This document shows, one piece after another, positions 1 through 8,519 of a DNA stretch of 64,000 bases. The translations under genes and the position numbers were made by a program. A model generated the notes under the pieces. That model ran no database searches. It was given only the letters and a program-made list of their open reading frames with translations, and had not been told where the DNA came from. The stretch lies in assembly GCA_965219035.1 (NCBI GenBank), contig CBDCMR010000001.1:381529-445528 (forward strand), given 5' to 3'. Positions within the stretch are counted from its first letter, which is position 1. Each line of letters starts with the position of its first letter. The DNA comes from Longimicrobiales bacterium (GTDB lineage Bacteria; Gemmatimonadota; Gemmatimonadetes; Longimicrobiales; Gaopeijiaceae).

Positions 1-1523
1 TGGTGAACGGCTCCCTTACTGAATCGAGGAATCGCAGGACGCTCAGCCATCATGACAAGTTGAAGCCATTCTGGCGCTAGGGCCTCGGTCGGGACCCAGT
101 TCACAAAGTCCTGACTTGTGGCCATCGGCCGCCCCATTATGACCACATATCCAACGGATGCTGTTCTGCTGAAACAAACGGTTCCTTCGGGTAACAGGCG
201 TGCTGCGGAATTCGCCAATCCCGCTTCGTTCGTATGCTGAATCGTATTGAAGATGCGCCCATCGTTGTGTAATCGTGCATCGACGAGCCCCATCCACGGA
301 ACATCGCCACCCCACCAATCAGCCCTGCTGCGGCTCGGGGTGTGACCGCTCTCGATGCGGGCTACCTGAACCAGCGGCACCCAAAGCCATCCAGGCGGAC
401 TTGGAATTTCAGGTCTGTTGATCGATAATCCACAATCGCCCGGAATAGACTCAGGGCTCCGTTTCGCATAACGCGCCGGAAGAGGCGGTTTCTCCGTGCG
501 CTGCAGCAACTCCGACGCCGGTTCATCCTCTGGATCCTGCTCGACCAGTCTGCCGCGCACGGCAAGGCTGAGAATGGTTTGGCGCAGGTGCTTGATCTGA
601 TCGGCACGGGCTGTCAGTGCTGGAAGGGCATCGATGGCAAAGCGGGCGTGGGAACGAAACGCCGGGACATCCGTGCCGGGTGCGCTCAGACGAGCCAGAC
701 TAGCCTTTGTCAGCCGATCGCGGGTGTCCTCACGCGCGGCGCGTGCTTCCTCCAGCCGGTCGCAGAGCGCCATGAGCTCATCGACCTTGGCAACGATGCA
801 GCGCTGCTCAGCGAGGGGCGGGAGAGGGATTGGCTGGACTTCGAACTCTGCGTACTTAAGACTCTGAACCGTCGTCCCTGTCTTTACCAGATCCTTCAGA
901 ATGAAAGTGGTCAAGCCGCGGAACATTATCTGTAGATATCGTTCTTGACCCTTCAAGAAAGGAACCAAGACTTTCAGATCCTGATTGCTCGTCGCAGGAA
1001 CACGGTTAATCGCAACGGGAAATGTTCGCTTGAGAATCCCACTTCGGGCGACCATGAAAAGGCTCCCCACCGGGAACACCTTAAGGCGAGTATCCGATAG
1101 GGCCTTCTCGGTGATCTTTAGTTCAGAGTCAGATACCGCATCAGCCCTAATGTCCTTGGGCGAAAGCCAAGTCACGGTTCCATCCCAATACTCAGGTCGG
1201 TTCTTGGAGGGTGTCATGCCTCCGGCCAGCGTCCCTATGTCGCCTAGCCGTATCCAAGTCCAGTGTATTGGCACTTCAAAAGGGACCTCCGTGCGGTCAA
1301 TCGGGGTTGATGGCTTTGGCTTCCTTATATTGCCAATCCTCACTAGTCGCGCCTTTGTGGCCGTGATCCGCTTCAACAAATCCGATGCAGGCTCATCGGT
1401 CGGATTCTGCTCAACCAGCTTGCCGCGCACGGCGAGGTCCAGCACGAACTGGCGCAGGCGGCTGACAGCGTCCGGCGTGTCGGCGACACGGTCGTAAAGA
1501 GCAAGCAGCCGGTCGGTGTTCAC
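1..1523 (-). CDS. hsdS: Type I restriction-modification specificity subunit HsdS, 3' end beyond window start
   Basis: Manual reverse-strand translation from GTG at 1521-1523, which overlaps the hsdM TGA stop. N-terminus VNTDRLLALYDRVADTPDAVSRLRQFVLDLAVRGKLVEQNPTDEPASDLLKRI, then a TRD (EVPFEVPIHWTWIRLGDIGTLAGGMTPSK). Central repeat LPPLAEQRCIVAKVDELMALCDRLEE and a second QTILSLAVRGRLVEQDPEDEPASELL, then a second TRD (PPGWLWVPLVQVA). The frame is open to position 1. It is absent from the ORF track because it has no in-window stop. Confidence 0.85.
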   Translation of the reverse strand, partial: MNTDRLLALYDRVADTPDAVSRLRQFVLDLAVRGKLVEQNPTDEPASDLLKRITATKARLVRIGNIRKPKPSTPIDRTEVPFEVPIHWTWIRLGDIGTLAGGMTPSKNRPEYWDGTVTWLSPKDIRADAVSDSELKITEKALSDTRLKVFPVGSLFMVARSGILKRTFPVAINRVPATSNQDLKVLVPFLKGQERYLQIMFRGLTTFILKDLVKTGTTVQSLKYAEFEVQPIPLPPLAEQRCIVAKVDELMALCDRLEEARAAREDTRDRLTKASLARLSAPGTDVPAFRSHARFAIDALPALTARADQIKHLRQTILSLAVRGRLVEQDPEDEPASELLQRTEKPPLPARYAKRSPESIPGDCGLSINRPEIPSPPGWLWVPLVQVARIESGHTPSRSRADWWGGDVPWMGLVDARLHNDGRIFNTIQHTNEAGLANSAARLLPEGTVCFSRTASVGYVVIMGRPMATSQDFVNWVPTEALAPEWLQLVMMAERPAIPRFSKGAVH

Positions 1524-2971
1524 TGCAACAGGGCTTCGGTCAGGATTTCCTTCAACTGGTTTCTCACAGATTTCACCTCAGCCTCGGCGCTCGTCAGTTC
1601 CTCAAGAAGCGCCTCGGGATCGCCATGATCCTCTTCCTCGGCATGAGGATTCTTGATGTCGAGGTTGTAGCCGCGTGCCTTGATCTCCTCGACGCTCACC
1701 TTCCAGGCGCAATCACCCTCCTCTCGGCCCGTGCGTTCCGCCCCGCCCCACCAGGCGGCACAGCCTTCCAGATGCTCCAACCGGATGGGCCTGGTCATGG
1801 AATAGGCCTTCTGCCCCTCGGGCACGAGATGCTCCCAGAACCAGATGTCCTTGGTCGGCTCGCCCTTCTCGAAGAACAGCAGGTTTGTCCCGATCGAGGC
1901 ATAGGGGCGGAACACCGAGTTCGGCAGGCGCACGATGGTGTGAAGGCTGCATTCCCTCATCAGGTGCTCCTTGAGCCGCGTCTTGACACCCTCGCCGAAC
2001 AGGGAGCCGTCGGGCAGGACCACGGCAGCCCTGCCACCGGGCTTCAGAAGCCGGATGATCAGGGCGAGGAACAGGTCCGCGGTCTCGCGCGTCTGGAAGT
2101 GCTTCGGGAAGTTCGACTCGATGCCGTCCTCCTCCTTGCCGCCGAAAGGCGGATTGGTCAGCACGATGTCCACGCGCTCGTCCCGGCCCCAGGAGATGTA
2201 GGGACGCGCGAGCGTGTTATCGTGGCGCAGGAAGGACGAATCCTCGATGCCGTGCAGGAGCATGTTCGTGACGGCGAGCATGTGGGGAAGCGGCTTCTTT
2301 TCTACGGCACGCAGGGAGGCCTGCATTGTTGCCTCGTCTTCAGGGCGCTTCACGTAGTGCTCGCGCATGTGACGGATGGCGCAGGTCAGGAACCCGCCGG
2401 TGCCACAAGCCGGATCGAACAGCGTCTCGCCCGGTTTCGGGTTGATCATCCGGGCCATGAACGAGGTCACGGCACGCGGCGTATAGTATTCGCCTGCGTT
2501 GCCGGCCGATTGGAGGTCGTTCAGGATCTGCTCGTAGATGTCGCCGAAGTGTCGGCGCGCAGCCAGGTTGTTGAAATTGATGCCGTTGATCTTGTTGACG
2601 ACCTGCCGCATCAGCTGGCCGGATTTCATGTAGTTGTAGGCATCCTCGAACACGTCACGCACGACGTTCGCGCGAGGGCCGGCCCTGGGCGGGAGCTCTT
2701 TCAGCTGCGGAAAGAGCTCGCCGTTGACGAAGTCGAGCAGCTCCTCGCCCGTCATGCCTTCCGGGTCGGCGGCCCAGTTCCGCCAACGCAGACGGACGGG
2801 AACAGGCGAACGGTAGCCTTCCTTGAGAAGCTCGAGCTCCTGGTCCTGGTCGTCGATGATCTTGAGGAAGAACATCCAGCACAGTTGGCTGATGCGCTGC
2901 GCATCGCCATCGACGCCCACGTCCTGGCGCATGATGTTCTGAATGGATCTGACGAGGGTGCTTACGGACAT
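1520..2971 (-). CDS. hsdM: Type I R-M N6-adenine DNA methyltransferase subunit HsdM
   Basis: 483 aa. Motif I FDPACGTGGFL and motif IV NPPFG. Stop overlaps the hsdS start. It sits 4 bp downstream of hsdR. Confidence 0.95.
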   Translation of the reverse strand: MSVSTLVRSIQNIMRQDVGVDGDAQRISQLCWMFFLKIIDDQDQELELLKEGYRSPVPVRLRWRNWAADPEGMTGEELLDFVNGELFPQLKELPPRAGPRANVVRDVFEDAYNYMKSGQLMRQVVNKINGINFNNLAARRHFGDIYEQILNDLQSAGNAGEYYTPRAVTSFMARMINPKPGETLFDPACGTGGFLTCAIRHMREHYVKRPEDEATMQASLRAVEKKPLPHMLAVTNMLLHGIEDSSFLRHDNTLARPYISWGRDERVDIVLTNPPFGGKEEDGIESNFPKHFQTRETADLFLALIIRLLKPGGRAAVVLPDGSLFGEGVKTRLKEHLMRECSLHTIVRLPNSVFRPYASIGTNLLFFEKGEPTKDIWFWEHLVPEGQKAYSMTRPIRLEHLEGCAAWWGGAERTGREEGDCAWKVSVEEIKARGYNLDIKNPHAEEEDHGDPEALLEELTSAEAEVKSVRNQLKEILTEALLQ

Positions 2972-2974
2972 CTC

Positions 2975-5332
2975 TTAGGCGATCTCCCTGTAGAGAGCGA
3001 ACTGAAGATCGTGCACGGCCCGATCGAAATCGGGCTTCCCACCGAAGGCGCTGACCAGTTCTACCGGAGTGCCGAGGCTGTCAAGTGGCGGGATCTTAAG
3101 CACGTTGGTGTCGTCGAGATTGAGTATGCCCTCGTCGGCGTACTTGTCGAGCAACGCGCCGAGCACGGCGCGGGCCTGACCTCCGTATTTCGTGAACACG
3201 TCCCGCTTCTTGACGTTCTCAGCCCGTTCGCGGCGGGTCAGCGGTTTGGCATCGAAGGCGATGTGACAGACGAGATCGAAGGGGTCGAGATCCTTGCTCA
3301 ACTCGTCGACGATCACGGTAAGCGGCAGACCCTCGGCCGCCAGCTCATCGATGATCGCCTGCTTGCGCTCCACGGCGTTCCAACGGGTCAGGAAGTCGTC
3401 AAGGCTTGCGAAGCGCCTGCGCAAGGCCTTCCTCGTGAAGTCGCGCAGCGACTCGGTCACCAACTTGCCGTGGCCGTCGAGGTATGTCACCCGCTCGCCG
3501 ACGATGGCCACCTCAACGCCGTCGATATAAATCTTCTTCTGTGGCCCCATCCCCGGGGGCGGTGGTGGATCCCCTCCATCGATAACGGTCTCGTCGTCGC
3601 CGAGCCCGTCGTCGTCCGTAGGCGCCACATCGGGCGGGTCGATGGGATCGCCTTCTCCCGGCTCGTAGACCTGCACGGGTTCGCCGTCGTACTCCGGGTC
3701 CGCGAAGTGACTAGTAGCGCCCCGGAAGTCGATGAGCGTGAAGTAGAACTTGCCGGTGTCCTCGTGCACGTGGGTGCCGCGCCCGACGATCTGTTTGAAC
3801 TCGGTCATCGACCCCACCGCTCGCTCGAGCACTATCAACTGGCAGGTCTGCACATCGACGCCGGTGGACAGCAGACGCGACGTGGTGACGAGGACGGGGT
3901 ACTTTGATTCCGGATCGATGAAGTTGCCGAGTTCGGTATGTCCCGCCGGATCGCCGCCCGTGATCCGCATGACGTAACGTGAGTTGCCTCCGACGAGATC
4001 GGTGTTCTCGTTGATCAACGCCTGACGCATCCGCGCGGCGTGTTCCTGATCGACGCAAAAGATGATCGCTTTCTGAAAGCGATCGCCGCTCTCCTTCAGG
4101 AACGCCGTGACCTTCCGCGCTACCAGTGTCGTCCGCCCGTCGATGACCAGCGTACGGTCGAAGTCCTTGACGTTGTAGACGCGATCCTCAACCTCCTCGC
4201 CGTCGCGGTCGAGCTGGCCCTTCTCCGGACGGTAGCCCTCGACATCGCGGTCGATATGGACCCTGACCACCTTGTAGGGAGCGAGGAAGCCGTCGCGGAT
4301 GCCCTGCTTCAAGGAGTAGGAGAAGACCGGCTCTCCGAAGTAGGCGATGTTAGAGACGTACTTCGTCTCCTTCGGCGTGGCGGTGAGGCCGATCTGGGTT
4401 GCGGAGGAGAAGTACTCGAGGATCTCGCGCCACGCCGAATCGTCGGCGGCACTGCCCCGGTGGCATTCGTCGATCACGATCAGATCGAAAAACGCCGGCG
4501 AGAACTTCCGGTAGGCCTTCTGGTGTTCCTCCAGACCGGTGATCGCCTGATAGAGGCCGAGATAGACCTCGTAGGAGGGATCGATATTGCCCGAGAGCTT
4601 GGTCATCGTCCCGCCGAAGGGGCGGAAATCGTTCGCCATCGTCTGATCGACGAGCACGTTGCGGTCGGCGAGGAACAGGATGCGCTTCTTGCGTCGCGCC
4701 TTCCACAGCCGCCAGATGATCTGGAAGGCGGTGTACGTCTTGCCCGTGCCCGTGGCCATGACGAGCAGGATGCGGTCCTGCCCCTTGGCGATGGCCTCGA
4801 TCGCCGCGTTGATGGCGTTGGCCTGGTAGTAGCGCGGCGTCTTGCCGCTGCCGTCATCGAAATAGTCTTGAAGGACGATCTCCTCGGCTTCCGGCGTCAG
4901 GCCCTTCCAGGTCCGATAGCGCCCCCACAGATCGGCTGGTGACGGAAAGGCGTCGAGCGGCAGGTCTGCCTCGTGAGGCGTACTGGCCCCCGTACGGTCG
5001 TGGAACACGAAGCCGTCGCCGTTCGAAGAGAACACGAAGGGGATGTTCAGGGTCTCGGCGTAGTCGAGCGCCTGCTGCATGCCGTCGCCGACGCTGTGGG
5101 TATTGTCCTTCGCCTCGATCACCGCGATCGGGATGTTCGGCTTGAAGTACAGGATGTAGTCGGCGCGCTTGGCCTTACCGCGCGTGACCAGCTTGCCGCG
5201 CACGATGATGCGGCCCTTGGTGAAGCTCACCTCCTCGCGAAGCTGCGAGATCTCGTCCCACCCGGCCCTGCGCAGGGCGGGCGTGATGAACTTCGTACAG
5301 ATGTCGCGCTCCGACAGGCTTCGCTTGTCCAT
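2975..5332 (-). CDS. hsdR: Type I R-M restriction endonuclease/helicase subunit HsdR
   Basis: 785 aa. N-terminal HsdR_N nuclease (VIEAKDN), Walker A MATGTGKT, DEAH-like IDECHR, helicase C domain. Confidence 0.95.
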   Translation of the reverse strand: MDKRSLSERDICTKFITPALRRAGWDEISQLREEVSFTKGRIIVRGKLVTRGKAKRADYILYFKPNIPIAVIEAKDNTHSVGDGMQQALDYAETLNIPFVFSSNGDGFVFHDRTGASTPHEADLPLDAFPSPADLWGRYRTWKGLTPEAEEIVLQDYFDDGSGKTPRYYQANAINAAIEAIAKGQDRILLVMATGTGKTYTAFQIIWRLWKARRKKRILFLADRNVLVDQTMANDFRPFGGTMTKLSGNIDPSYEVYLGLYQAITGLEEHQKAYRKFSPAFFDLIVIDECHRGSAADDSAWREILEYFSSATQIGLTATPKETKYVSNIAYFGEPVFSYSLKQGIRDGFLAPYKVVRVHIDRDVEGYRPEKGQLDRDGEEVEDRVYNVKDFDRTLVIDGRTTLVARKVTAFLKESGDRFQKAIIFCVDQEHAARMRQALINENTDLVGGNSRYVMRITGGDPAGHTELGNFIDPESKYPVLVTTSRLLSTGVDVQTCQLIVLERAVGSMTEFKQIVGRGTHVHEDTGKFYFTLIDFRGATSHFADPEYDGEPVQVYEPGEGDPIDPPDVAPTDDDGLGDDETVIDGGDPPPPPGMGPQKKIYIDGVEVAIVGERVTYLDGHGKLVTESLRDFTRKALRRRFASLDDFLTRWNAVERKQAIIDELAAEGLPLTVIVDELSKDLDPFDLVCHIAFDAKPLTRRERAENVKKRDVFTKYGGQARAVLGALLDKYADEGILNLDDTNVLKIPPLDSLGTPVELVSAFGGKPDFDRAVHDLQFALYREIA

Positions 5333-5363
5333 CCGGCTCAGCGGCCTCCAGTTCCGTTCCAGG

Positions 5364-5552
5364 TCACTCCCCTTCCTCCTTTTCCGGGCGTGTCTCAGGC
5401 GTGTCGAGCGCCTTCAGCCGCTCGTATTCCTCTACCGAGAGCACCACGACAACCGGGCGCCCATGCTTGGCCACCGTGACGGGCGACGCGCGGGCGAGGT
5501 CGATGAGTCGGCCGAAGCCGTACTTCGCGTCCTTTGCGCTCAGCGTCTGCAT
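5364..5552 (-). CDS. Phd/YefM-family antitoxin-like protein with no adjacent toxin
   Basis: 62 aa MQTLSAKDAKYGFGRLIDLARASPVTVAKHGRPVVVVLSVEEYERL, the classic Phd/YefM N-terminal fold. It ends 30 bp upstream of the hsdR start. No toxin ORF lies between it and hsdR or int. Confidence 0.7.
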   Translation of the reverse strand: MQTLSAKDAKYGFGRLIDLARASPVTVAKHGRPVVVVLSVEEYERLKALDTPETRPEKEEGE

Positions 5553-5966
5553 GCGATCCCTCCGGCTGGTGGCAACTTAAGTCTTGGCCAATTTGGCCGA
5601 ACGGCGCAAGCCGAACGGCACCCGCGCAGAGCCTGCCGCGACACGTTTTGTACGTGCCCCGGTCCGCGCGGCCCGGGAACGATGATCGATGGCTATACGG
5701 CTTGGCGTTCGAGGCGGCTTCCGGGGGGCGGACCTTGACCGCCGGTCGCCGGGGGTCGGTGGCGTGCCGTGCGTGCACATCGACATCGGGGTGCATGTGC
5801 ACGAAAACGCCGCTTCCATGTGCACGCCAGCGGTTCCGCATGTCGCTGGCGGCGTTTCGGTTGCACCACGACCGCCGGAGCGGCGATGCCGTTCCGGCGG
5901 GTGCGGCCGTGGCGGTAGCGACCCCCCCTCCGGGAAGGGTTTTCAACGCCGCTGCCAGGCGGCGGA

Positions 5967-7349
5967 TCACCCAGTTCGCCGACCGTCCAGCCGGTGTGTC
6001 GGCGCTACCGCGAAGGACCCGGGCGGGGAGCTGGGGACAGGGCCGACCGTGGGAGGCACGGCTCCAGCTACCGGGAACGGCGGGCCGTGAGTTGGTGTTC
6101 CGGGATCCCCGGCGACGTTGGTATTTCGGAAAGCCCCGGTTCCGTGAGTCGCCTCGATCTCTTCCCCGGCCCTGAGCCGGTCCAGATAGTCGGCCCAGGC
6201 CTGCATCATCACGCGGCGCTCGGGCAGGAACGCCGTCCGGTTGTAGGCCCGGCCGTTGGGGTCCCTGACCCGGTGGGCCAGCTGGTGCTCGATGAAGTCG
6301 GGCCGGAAGCCCAGCACCTCGTCCAAGATGGTGCGCGCCATCGCCCGGAAGCCATGCGGCGTCATCCGTTCCGGAGGGATGTCCAAGGCCCGGAACGCCC
6401 CCCAAAAGGTGGTGTTGCTCATCGTCCGGTCGCGTTGCCGATAGCGCGCATTCGGGAACACGTAGCGGTGGTGACCCGTCACGGGATGCAACTCGCGAAG
6501 GATCTCGACCGCCTGACGCGCCAGTGGGACCACATGCGGCGTGTCGGTCTTGGTCGCCGTGTAGCGCCACTCGGCTCCATCGAGGTCGATGTCGGCCCAT
6601 TCGGCCTTGCGCAACTCGCCGGGCCGCACGAAGAGCAGCGGCACCAGACGCAGCGCGCACCGCACCGGCAGCGTGCCCGGGTAGCCGTCCAGGAGCCGCA
6701 GAAGCGGGCCGACCTCCTTCGGGTCGGTGATCGCCGCGAAGTGCTTCCGCTTCACCGGAGGGAAGGCTCCGCGCAGGTCCCCCGACACGTCCCGCTCCGC
6801 CCGGCCCGTTGCCACCGCATAGCGCAGCACCCGCCCACAGACCTGAAGCGTGCGATGCGCCGTGTCCAGGGTGCCGCGGGCTTCGATGCGGCGCAGCGCG
6901 GCCAGCAGCTCCGGTGCCGTGAGCTCCGCGACCGGCTTCTCTCCGATCCACGGGAAGATGTCCCTACCCAGATCGCGCTCGAGTCGCCGAGCGTAGCTCG
7001 CGCACCAGTTCGGCGAGTGCTTGGCGAGCCATTCAGCGGCCACGGCCTCGAAGCTGTTCCTGGCCCATTGCCGCTTCGACTGCTTCTGCGCCTTCCGGTA
7101 GGCGCTCGGGTCGATGTCCCGGGCCAGCAGCTTGCGGGAATCGTCGCGCCGCTCGCGGGCGAGCTTCAGCGAGACCTCGGGATAGATGCCCATCGAGATC
7201 CGCTTCTCCTTGTCGGCGAAACGGTACTTGAAGCGCCAGGCCTTGGTGCCGCGCGGGGAGATCTCGAGGTACAGGCCCCGGCTGTCGTAGAGCTTGCGCG
7301 GCTTGTCGCGGGGCTTGGCCTTTCGGATGGCGGTGTCGGTCAGCGGCAT
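5967..7349 (-). CDS. int: P4-type tyrosine integrase (DUF4102 N-terminus)
   Basis: The ORF runs 5967..7418. The likely start is MPLTDTAIRKAKPRDKPRKLYDSRGLYLEISPRGTKAWRFKYRF. The catalytic region has HGFRAMART, LAHRV and RAYNR. There is an unusual ~60-aa Pro/Gly-rich C-terminal tail. Confidence 0.9.
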   Translation of the reverse strand: MPLTDTAIRKAKPRDKPRKLYDSRGLYLEISPRGTKAWRFKYRFADKEKRISMGIYPEVSLKLARERRDDSRKLLARDIDPSAYRKAQKQSKRQWARNSFEAVAAEWLAKHSPNWCASYARRLERDLGRDIFPWIGEKPVAELTAPELLAALRRIEARGTLDTAHRTLQVCGRVLRYAVATGRAERDVSGDLRGAFPPVKRKHFAAITDPKEVGPLLRLLDGYPGTLPVRCALRLVPLLFVRPGELRKAEWADIDLDGAEWRYTATKTDTPHVVPLARQAVEILRELHPVTGHHRYVFPNARYRQRDRTMSNTTFWGAFRALDIPPERMTPHGFRAMARTILDEVLGFRPDFIEHQLAHRVRDPNGRAYNRTAFLPERRVMMQAWADYLDRLRAGEEIEATHGTGAFRNTNVAGDPGTPTHGPPFPVAGAVPPTVGPVPSSPPGSFAVAPTHRLDGRRTG

Positions 7350-7439
7350 GTTGGGGCACCGGTTGAGGTTGCTGGAATCTGCCCCAGTAAAGTGCCCCAT
7401 AAATGACGTGGCTGTCAAGGGGTGGCACTGGACGTTCCG

Positions 7440-7500
7440 GAGTATGGGAAATCTCCCAACTCATTATATATCACTGTTTATGTGTACACTAAGGAGCATT
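7440..7500. promoter_or_regulatory. AT-rich segment upstream of int; candidate promoter or att region
   Basis: tcattatatatcactgtttatgtgtacactaaggagcattactgcacgtcaatacat is ~35% GC against ~67% background. It lies immediately 5' of the integrase. Confidence 0.3.
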
Positions 7501-7508
7501 ACTGCACG

Positions 7509-7742
7509 TCAATACATGCGCCGGTGCAGTTCGATGATCCAGCGCACGAGATTCGTATAGGCTTGCTGCCAGAACGGTTCGCGGCTCTTGCCGAAGAGCT
7601 GGTTGATCAGGGATGAGACGCTGTATGCGAGCGAGTAAGTGTCGAGCAGCGGATCGTCGAGCGGGTTCCACTGCCAGGACCCGTCCAGCCCGATTTCCAG
7701 GTAGTCGTCCGCGCGGCCGGCCTTCTCGAGGATCCCCCGCAC
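7509..7742 (-). CDS. small hypothetical ORF or gene 3' fragment abutting the AT-rich int-proximal region
   Basis: 77 aa ending ...PFWQQAYTNLVRWIIELHRRMY. It sits directly beside the AT-rich segment 7440-7500. Status unclear. Confidence 0.25.
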   Translation of the reverse strand: MRGILEKAGRADDYLEIGLDGSWQWNPLDDPLLDTYSLAYSVSSLINQLFGKSREPFWQQAYTNLVRWIIELHRRMY

Positions 7743-8256
7743 GCTTGGCAGAAGCAGGGATCAGTCTTCGCAAGTCCCGATGGGACAACGACTTGGCTAC
7801 ACGCTACGGGCTACGTGTATCACCTGGTGTGTCCGAAGGTTGTAAACCGTATTACCCGTTGGGTTTACGACAGAAACGGAGAGATCTAGAGGCTCGACCG
7901 CAGCATGATCGCCGCCCGCGTATCGCCGGCCGCGGGCGGGCGCGGTCCAATTTACTTCACCGCCGGGGAAATGACGCTGCTGCGCGCACTGATCGTCGGC
8001 CCGCGACGCTCAACCGCCATCCCCTGGCCAGGGAGTTCTGCCGGGGCAGCGGCTGGGTCAAGCCCGACAGCGGCCTGAAGGACATCATGGCTCGGGTGCC
8101 CATGCTCACCGACCGCCCCGCCACGGCTCGACCGAACGCTTACGCCCCACGGGACGACCGAACGGTTTCGGCGAACGGAGCCCGGTCATGGGGATTCCCC
8201 TACCAACGGAGCAAAGGGTGATCCCAGGGGTGATTGGGTAAATAGGCTAGAATTCG

Positions 8257-8275
8257 TAACATACTGTATAACATA
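8257..8275. promoter_or_regulatory. direct-repeat operator-like site (TAACATA x2) in AT-rich leader of the TonB receptor gene
   Basis: gtaacatactgtataacatatagtta sits ~245 bp upstream of the 8520 start in a low-GC patch. Confidence 0.3.
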
Positions 8276-8519
8276 TAGTTAGCGCATTTATTACGGCGGA
8301 CTAGGCGGTGTACCTCACCGGCGAGACGAGAGAAGCAAAGGCCGCAACGCCAAGTTGACGGTCCATCGTGCTCAGATTGGCTCTCGACCGTCTTCTCGTA
8401 GAGCTATTCTCGACGAGAGCACTCCCCCGCGAAGGGTCGATCCCGTCCGCCCCGACAGTGGCTAGGCTGCAGCTGGGGGCGTAACCTGCAGTAGTCACGG
8501 TGACATGAGGAGACAAGCA

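Noticed and set aside
1625-3907. 760-aa ORF on + strand
   Set aside because: Runs antisense across hsdM and hsdR, which have unmistakable motifs on the opposite strand. Arg/Ala/Gly-rich composition typical of high-GC antisense frames.
5395-7406. Long overlapping ORFs (518 aa minus-strand, 470 aa plus-strand) over the integrase region
   Set aside because: Both are out-of-frame or antisense shadows of the int gene. Extreme Arg/Pro/Gly content, no motifs.
7780-7900. tRNA gene expected next to the P4-type integrase
   Set aside because: No GGTTCGA(A/T)TCC T-loop or cloverleaf found in 7400-8300. The att target may be a protein-gene 3' end, or the tRNA lies at the other island end.
7896-8200. OmpR-like winged-helix remnant (IYFTAGEMTLLRALIVGPRRS ... 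REFCRGSGWVKPD)
   Set aside because: Similarity is weak and split across two frames. Cannot be distinguished from chance in high-GC DNA without a database search.
8440-8470. Possible cobalamin riboswitch B12 box ahead of the TonB receptor
   Set aside because: The GCCACTG core appears only as CAGTGGC on the + strand, i.e. wrong orientation for the + strand gene. No other riboswitch core motifs found by eye.
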